A stretch of DNA of 64,000 nt from Pseudomonadota bacterium (GTDB lineage Bacteria > Pseudomonadota > Gammaproteobacteria > Burkholderiales > DATLHW01): positions 1,831-65,830 of the forward strand of contig JAZKCF010000008.1 of the NCBI GenBank assembly GCA_040388195.1, given 5' to 3'. How positions within the stretch are numbered: position 1 is the first letter of the stretch; every line of letters starts with the position of its first letter. The translations under genes were made by a program, and so were the position numbers. Under the pieces are notes generated by a model that ran no database searches, was not told the DNA's origin, and was given only the letters and a program-made list of their open reading frames with translations. This document shows, one piece after another, positions 59,754-64,000 of the stretch.

Positions 59754-62012
59754 GTGGAAACAATTCTGGAAGCATCTCAAGAAATCACAAATGTATTAGC
59801 GCTACCGCAGTTCATCGCGGATTTTGGCGATAGTTTGCTTGAATCAGTCCGGTCGGGTAATCCGCCGATTTATGACGGAAAATCCGATGCGACACGTAAT
59901 CAAGTAATGGAGCAGCTTCTCCGTAAACCATTCGGCGCTCAACAGGAAACCGTCCAGGCGGTGACAAAGCTACTGGTCGATCACAATCAACCGGCAGCGG
60001 TCATCAACGCGGAAATGGGGACTGGCAAAACCATGATGGCGATCGCTACAGCCGCTGTCATGCACGCCGAAGGCTTTCGTCGCACGCTCGTTATTTCGCC
60101 ACCGCACTTGGTCTACAAATGGCGGCGTGAAATCAAGCAGACGATTCCCAACGCAATCGTAACGATCTTGAACGGTCCCGACACCCTCCGAAAATTACTT
60201 GCGCTTCGCGGCATGCAGGCTAATGCGGAGACGCCGGAATTTTTCATTCTCGGGCGAGTCCGCATGCGAATGGGTTTCCACTGGCGTCCTGCGTTTGCCA
60301 TTCATCGCCGTCAATTGATCGACGACAACGGCGCCAAGGCCGGCGGGTTTGCCTGCTGTCCAAGGTGCGGATCGTTTGTCACCGACGAGGACGATGACCC
60401 TCTTCTGGAATTGGCTGCACAAAGTTTTCTCGATCGTGAACGGCGGGCTTGTCAGTCTTGTGGCGAGCGGTTATGGATGCTTGTCGCTCGTGGCAAGGCG
60501 TCGAAATCCAAACGTGACCTGCTTCTTGGTTCACTCACGCAAATTCCGACGATCGGCGAGAAAAGTGCTGAACGCTTGGTAACCAGATTCGGCGAAGAAA
60601 TGCTTGCCGGCATGTTGGAAGACAATGTGTTCGAATTTATCAATCTGATGAACGATGAAGGAGAGTTGGTATTCAACGATCGGCAAGCCCGCCGAATGGA
60701 ACGCGCCATGGCGAATATGGAGTTTTCTTTTGGTCAAGGCGGTTATCAGCCGACGGAATTCGTGAAGCGTTATCTGCCTCAAGGGTTTTTCGGACTCTTG
60801 GTTGTAGATGAAGGCCACGAATACAAAAACGAAGGCTCAGCGCAAGGACAAGCCATGGGCGTGCTGGCGCGGAAGTGTAGTAAGACAATTCTGCTAACCG
60901 GCACGTTGATGGGCGGTTACGCCGATGATCTGTTTCATTTGCTGTGGCGCCTCAATCCACAGCTCATGATGGAAGATGGATTCGGTTACAACGCACGACG
61001 AAGTCTTGGCCCTGCACAGTTGGCGTTCATGCGAGAGCATGGTGTGGTGAAGGATATCTATAAGTCGACTGAATCGGGTGAAGCGCATCGTACCGCAAAG
61101 GGAAGCAAGACCACTCATCGCGTTGCAAAGGCGCCTGGCTTTGGTCCAAAGGGCATCGCGCGATTTGTTCTGCCGATCACGGTTTTCCTGAAGCTTAAGG
61201 ATATTGGTGGCAATGTGTTACCACCATACCGTGAATTCTTTACCGATATTGCGATGACGACTGAGCAATTGGATGCCTACTCTCGATTGGAGTCAAGACT
61301 GGTGAGTGAACTGCGCACTGCATTGGTAAGGGGTGACAAGAGCTTGCTGGGTGTTGTGTTGAATACGTTACTGGCTTGGCCCGAGTGTTGTTTTCGGGAT
61401 GAGTTGGTACGACACCCGCATACTCGATCACAGCTCGCATACCAGCCGGCGATTTTCCGCGAGGAAGATGTCATGCCCAAGGAGGCGATGTTGCTTGATC
61501 GATGCAAAACTGAGCGTGCAAAAGGTCGTCGCGTTCTTGCCTATACGATTTACACGGGCACGCGTGATACCTCCGCACGCTTGAAGGCGCTCCTTGAACG
61601 TGAGGGGTTCCGGGTAGCCGTGCTGCGTGCAAGCGTTGAAGCAGTGAAGCGGGAAGACTGGCTATTCGAGCAGGTTGACCGTGGTGTGGATGTGCTCATT
61701 ACGAATCCGGAATTGGTGAAAACGGGATTGGATTTGCTGGATTTTCCGACGATCGTTTTCATGCAATCGGGTTTTAATGCCTACACGCTTCAACAAGCCG
61801 CACGCCGAAGCTGGCGAATCGGACAAAGGCAAGATGTGGATGTGCATTATCTTGGTTATGCCGGTAGTGCGCAGATGCAGTGTCTGCGGTTGATGGCGAA
61901 GAAGATTGCGGTGTCGCAGTCTACGTCAGGTGATATGCCGGATTGTGGGCTCGATATTCTTAATCAAGATGGTGACAGTATTGAGGTTGCACTGGCAAAA
62001 CAACTTGTGTAA
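59754..62012 (+). CDS. SNF2-family helicase with inserted zinc ribbon
   Basis: Motif I AEMGTGKT, motif II VVDEGHEYKN, motif III LLTGTLMGG, motif VI QQAARRSWRIGQ, plus CPRCG...CQSCG. GTG start. Confidence 0.8.
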   Translation: METILEASQEITNVLALPQFIADFGDSLLESVRSGNPPIYDGKSDATRNQVMEQLLRKPFGAQQETVQAVTKLLVDHNQPAAVINAEMGTGKTMMAIATAAVMHAEGFRRTLVISPPHLVYKWRREIKQTIPNAIVTILNGPDTLRKLLALRGMQANAETPEFFILGRVRMRMGFHWRPAFAIHRRQLIDDNGAKAGGFACCPRCGSFVTDEDDDPLLELAAQSFLDRERRACQSCGERLWMLVARGKASKSKRDLLLGSLTQIPTIGEKSAERLVTRFGEEMLAGMLEDNVFEFINLMNDEGELVFNDRQARRMERAMANMEFSFGQGGYQPTEFVKRYLPQGFFGLLVVDEGHEYKNEGSAQGQAMGVLARKCSKTILLTGTLMGGYADDLFHLLWRLNPQLMMEDGFGYNARRSLGPAQLAFMREHGVVKDIYKSTESGEAHRTAKGSKTTHRVAKAPGFGPKGIARFVLPITVFLKLKDIGGNVLPPYREFFTDIAMTTEQLDAYSRLESRLVSELRTALVRGDKSLLGVVLNTLLAWPECCFRDELVRHPHTRSQLAYQPAIFREEDVMPKEAMLLDRCKTERAKGRRVLAYTIYTGTRDTSARLKALLEREGFRVAVLRASVEAVKREDWLFEQVDRGVDVLITNPELVKTGLDLLDFPTIVFMQSGFNAYTLQQAARRSWRIGQRQDVDVHYLGYAGSAQMQCLRLMAKKIAVSQSTSGDMPDCGLDILNQDGDSIEVALAKQLV

Positions 62013-62017
62013 GAAGT

Positions 62018-62049
62018 AGCGCCCCGCCTTTTGGTGGGGTGCTTTTTTT
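62018..62049 (+). terminator. rho-independent terminator after the helicase
   Basis: AGCGCCCCGCC-tttt-GGTGGGGTGCT followed by T7. Confidence 0.8.
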
Positions 62050-62202
62050 AAATAAAATAGGGCTATGACCTGAATAAACGAAGCTTAAAATCTTTTAGTG
62101 GACAGCGGGGCAACGATTGGCACCAATGATTGGAAACGTTAGGGGCGAGCGGATGTTAACAGCATAATTTTCGTTGCTTACTTGATCGAATTGAAAGCCG
62201 AT

Positions 62203-63078
62203 TTATACTGGGCGTTTTGAGTTCGTCAAGTAACAATTCTGGAGCAATGGGGACTTGTAATAGTCCTCATCGAGGAACCGAAGAATTGTCTTCAAATCTT
62301 TCTTGGTCTCCGGTATTAGAATTTTCTCAGTTCCTTCGCTTATCGTTGTTTGAAGTTGGATGCTGAATTCTGCCGCAACTGCTTTAATGTCACACACAGG
62401 TACTTTTTGCAATATTTGACTCTGTGATATTAGCCACAACTTCCGGCGCACCCAGGTATCTGAAACGGCTACCAGATTGGTGGCGTTAGTAACATGGACA
62501 CAAGGCAAACTTGCAAATTGCTGGATGTCTCCGTCTGTTGCCTCTTTGTAATAGGCAGACACGTCAAAAATTTGCCTTAACAAATGGAAGCTTTGAAATT
62601 TAAGTACGCCTGCACGAATGATAGCGGTAAGTTTGCTATCTATAGTAAGTCCGATCCCCTCTATCTTTTTGTAGACATTTGATGAGTGAAAAATAGATAG
62701 CCCATTTGTTGAAATTACTCGCTTTTTGTCAAAGTGCTGCAGAAGTACGACAGGCAATCCATCTTGACCGACATATCCAGAAAATAAGGCCTTTATCGTA
62801 TTGAATGCCTCAGGGATAGGGGCTACCTCTGGAACAGAAAGAGGATGCGCTACTGCATCGGCTAGCTCATCGATATCATCAAACTCGCCAATAGTCAAAA
62901 CCTCGCCAAAATCTGGCTTATATTTTCCGTCAAACGGGATTTCGTCGTGACCATTGCTGTTGAAGCTAGACTCTTGCTGCTGCAGTAGCTCGGTTAAATC
63001 CCTCTGCACCTCATTTGACAAAGAAAATCGGAGGCGACGCGTTGCAGGATCATCGGTTAATGCAAAGAGATTAAACAC
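62203..63078 (-). CDS. KwaB-like (DUF4868-like) protein, Kiwa-type defence candidate
   Basis: 291 aa cytoplasmic protein 4 nt downstream of a 4-TM protein. The C-terminal LKTILRFLDEDYYKSPLL resembles my recollection of KwaB. Not verified. Confidence 0.45.
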   Translation of the reverse strand: MFNLFALTDDPATRRLRFSLSNEVQRDLTELLQQQESSFNSNGHDEIPFDGKYKPDFGEVLTIGEFDDIDELADAVAHPLSVPEVAPIPEAFNTIKALFSGYVGQDGLPVVLLQHFDKKRVISTNGLSIFHSSNVYKKIEGIGLTIDSKLTAIIRAGVLKFQSFHLLRQIFDVSAYYKEATDGDIQQFASLPCVHVTNATNLVAVSDTWVRRKLWLISQSQILQKVPVCDIKAVAAEFSIQLQTTISEGTEKILIPETKKDLKTILRFLDEDYYKSPLLQNCYLTNSKRPV

Positions 63079-63082
63079 CGTT

Positions 63083-63592
63083 TTAGTCCTCTATGAGCAT
63101 GGTTTCGGATAGTTTTTTTACATACTTTACTTCTGTTGGATCTCTTATTTCTCGCTTGGATATCAACGTATAAACCATACCGGTAGATGATTCTAATTTG
63201 TAAAACTTAAACTTAAGTACTCTAAGCAGAGGATGCGCAGGTAATGAGCTCATGAGCCAGAGAAGTCCACCGGTAATGGCTAGAACACCTGCTATAGCAT
63301 TCACTGATATTTCAGCGCCTCTTAAGATTAGTGGAAGCAAATAACTTCCAACGAATGCTAATAACATAAAATCGCTTGATTCTATTTTTTTAGCTTGGAT
63401 ATGGAATGACTCGCCTTGATCCTTGACGAGCTTAATTATTGCGATTGGAATCATGGAGCCGAGAAAACCAATTATGAGCAACTGAAGGACATCAGTTCGC
63501 CAGCCGTAGATTTCATACCTAACGTATGCCATTGTTATAAGGGCTGGCGAAAAGGCAGAGATAAATAAGAGAGTTCGGAGCCAGTTACGCAT
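63083..63592 (-). CDS. KwaA-like four-TM membrane protein
   Basis: 169 aa with four predicted TM helices and a roughly 45-aa cytoplasmic tail. AT-rich codon usage differs from the flanks. Confidence 0.45.
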   Translation of the reverse strand: MRNWLRTLLFISAFSPALITMAYVRYEIYGWRTDVLQLLIIGFLGSMIPIAIIKLVKDQGESFHIQAKKIESSDFMLLAFVGSYLLPLILRGAEISVNAIAGVLAITGGLLWLMSSLPAHPLLRVLKFKFYKLESSTGMVYTLISKREIRDPTEVKYVKKLSETMLIED

Positions 63593-63838
63593 AAATGGTA
63601 AGCGCCGTCTATGCGGCTAACGAAGCTGTATAAAAAGCAAAGTCTGCGTCATCGCCACACCTGAGGCAACCGTTGAAGTTGCAATAAAACTGACTAACCG
63701 TCTAAATGACTTGCTACAAAATTGTTGATCGTAGTCTCTGCGTGCTTCCATCGATATTAGACTTGCAGTTCATGATTGGTAGTTTTGAATTTGCCTTGAG
63801 TGTCCCAAAAGCCAAAAAATAAAGTAGAAAAGATACCA

Positions 63839-64000
63839 TCAAGGCTTCAGGATCAGCAGTTCACGGATCAATGCATGATGTGTGTTCTTCATGGTCACGG
63901 GCTCAACTCGAAAGGCGTGCCGTTCAGCTAGGGCGCGCACTTCGGGCGCATCATCATACGTCAACATCACCGAACCAAGAACAGATTCCATGAGCGCAAA
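63839..64000 (-). CDS. Dam-like N6-adenine DNA methyltransferase, C-terminal 53 aa (gene runs off right edge)
   Basis: Open-ended, so absent from the ORF track. My own translation reads ...VMLTYDDAPEVRALAERHAFRVEPVTMKNTHHALIRELLILKP*, resembling the C-terminus of D12-class methylases. Confidence 0.6.
   Translation of the reverse strand, partial: FALMESVLGSVMLTYDDAPEVRALAERHAFRVEPVTMKNTHHALIRELLILKP

Larger units (their letters stand above)
41437..64000. mobile_element. integrated conjugative-type genomic island (SPI-7/PAPI-1/PFGI-1/ICEclc-like backbone), left end only
   Basis: Starts directly 3' of tRNA-Thr. It carries a ParA / ICE-type ParB / DUF2857-like / replication-like / TIGR03761-like / DUF3158-like / SSB / DUF3577-like / DUF3275-like / RadC / methylase / SNF2 helicase gene set. 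The right end is not reached. Confidence 0.75.

Noticed and set aside
41437-64000. A search for an integrase, relaxase or type IV secretion genes to classify the island fully.
   Set aside because: None is present in the visible part, so the ICE versus non-conjugative island distinction is left open.

Overview
The window has two parts. Positions 1-41.3 kb look like conserved chromosome with betaproteobacterial-style synteny. It contains aroE (partial), a rhodanese, glnA-DUF4124-ntrB-ntrC, aceB, xseB-ispA-dxs, folE2, yajQ, ppnP, argG-argF-argD, rpsT, murJ and cysB. It also carries a sulfate-assimilation operon (tauE-like, cysI, DUF934, cysH, cysD, cysN, cobA), ribF-ileS-lspA-ispH, a type IV minor-pilin operon (pilE, fimT-like, pilV, pilW, pilX, pilY1) and a ThiO-like oxidase.

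A tRNA-Thr(CGU) gene at 41361-41436 marks the start of an integrated element of at least 22.5 kb that continues past the right edge. Its backbone resembles the SPI-7 / PAPI-1 / PFGI-1 / ICEclc family. The backbone genes are ParA, an ICE-type ParB, a DUF2857-like protein, winged-helix replication-like proteins, TIGR03761-like and DUF3158-like proteins, SSB, DUF3577-like, DUF3275-like, RadC, an NPPY methyltransferase and an SNF2 helicase. No integrase or type IV secretion genes are visible in the window.

The most interesting content is inside this element:

1. A minus-strand array of six small gene cassettes, each followed by an attC-like imperfect palindrome. The attC-like sites fall into two internally similar families plus one short site. 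There is no integron integrase nearby, so this looks like a CALIN-type array carried on a conjugative-type island.
2. Two families of conserved structured intergenic elements that precede the SSB-like, RadC, methylase and helicase genes. One family folds as a pseudoknot with compensatory stem changes between copies.
3. Two copies of a 17-bp parS-like palindrome.
4. A Kiwa-like two-gene module next to a Dam-like methylase at the right edge.

All family assignments come from motif recognition by eye. No searches were run.
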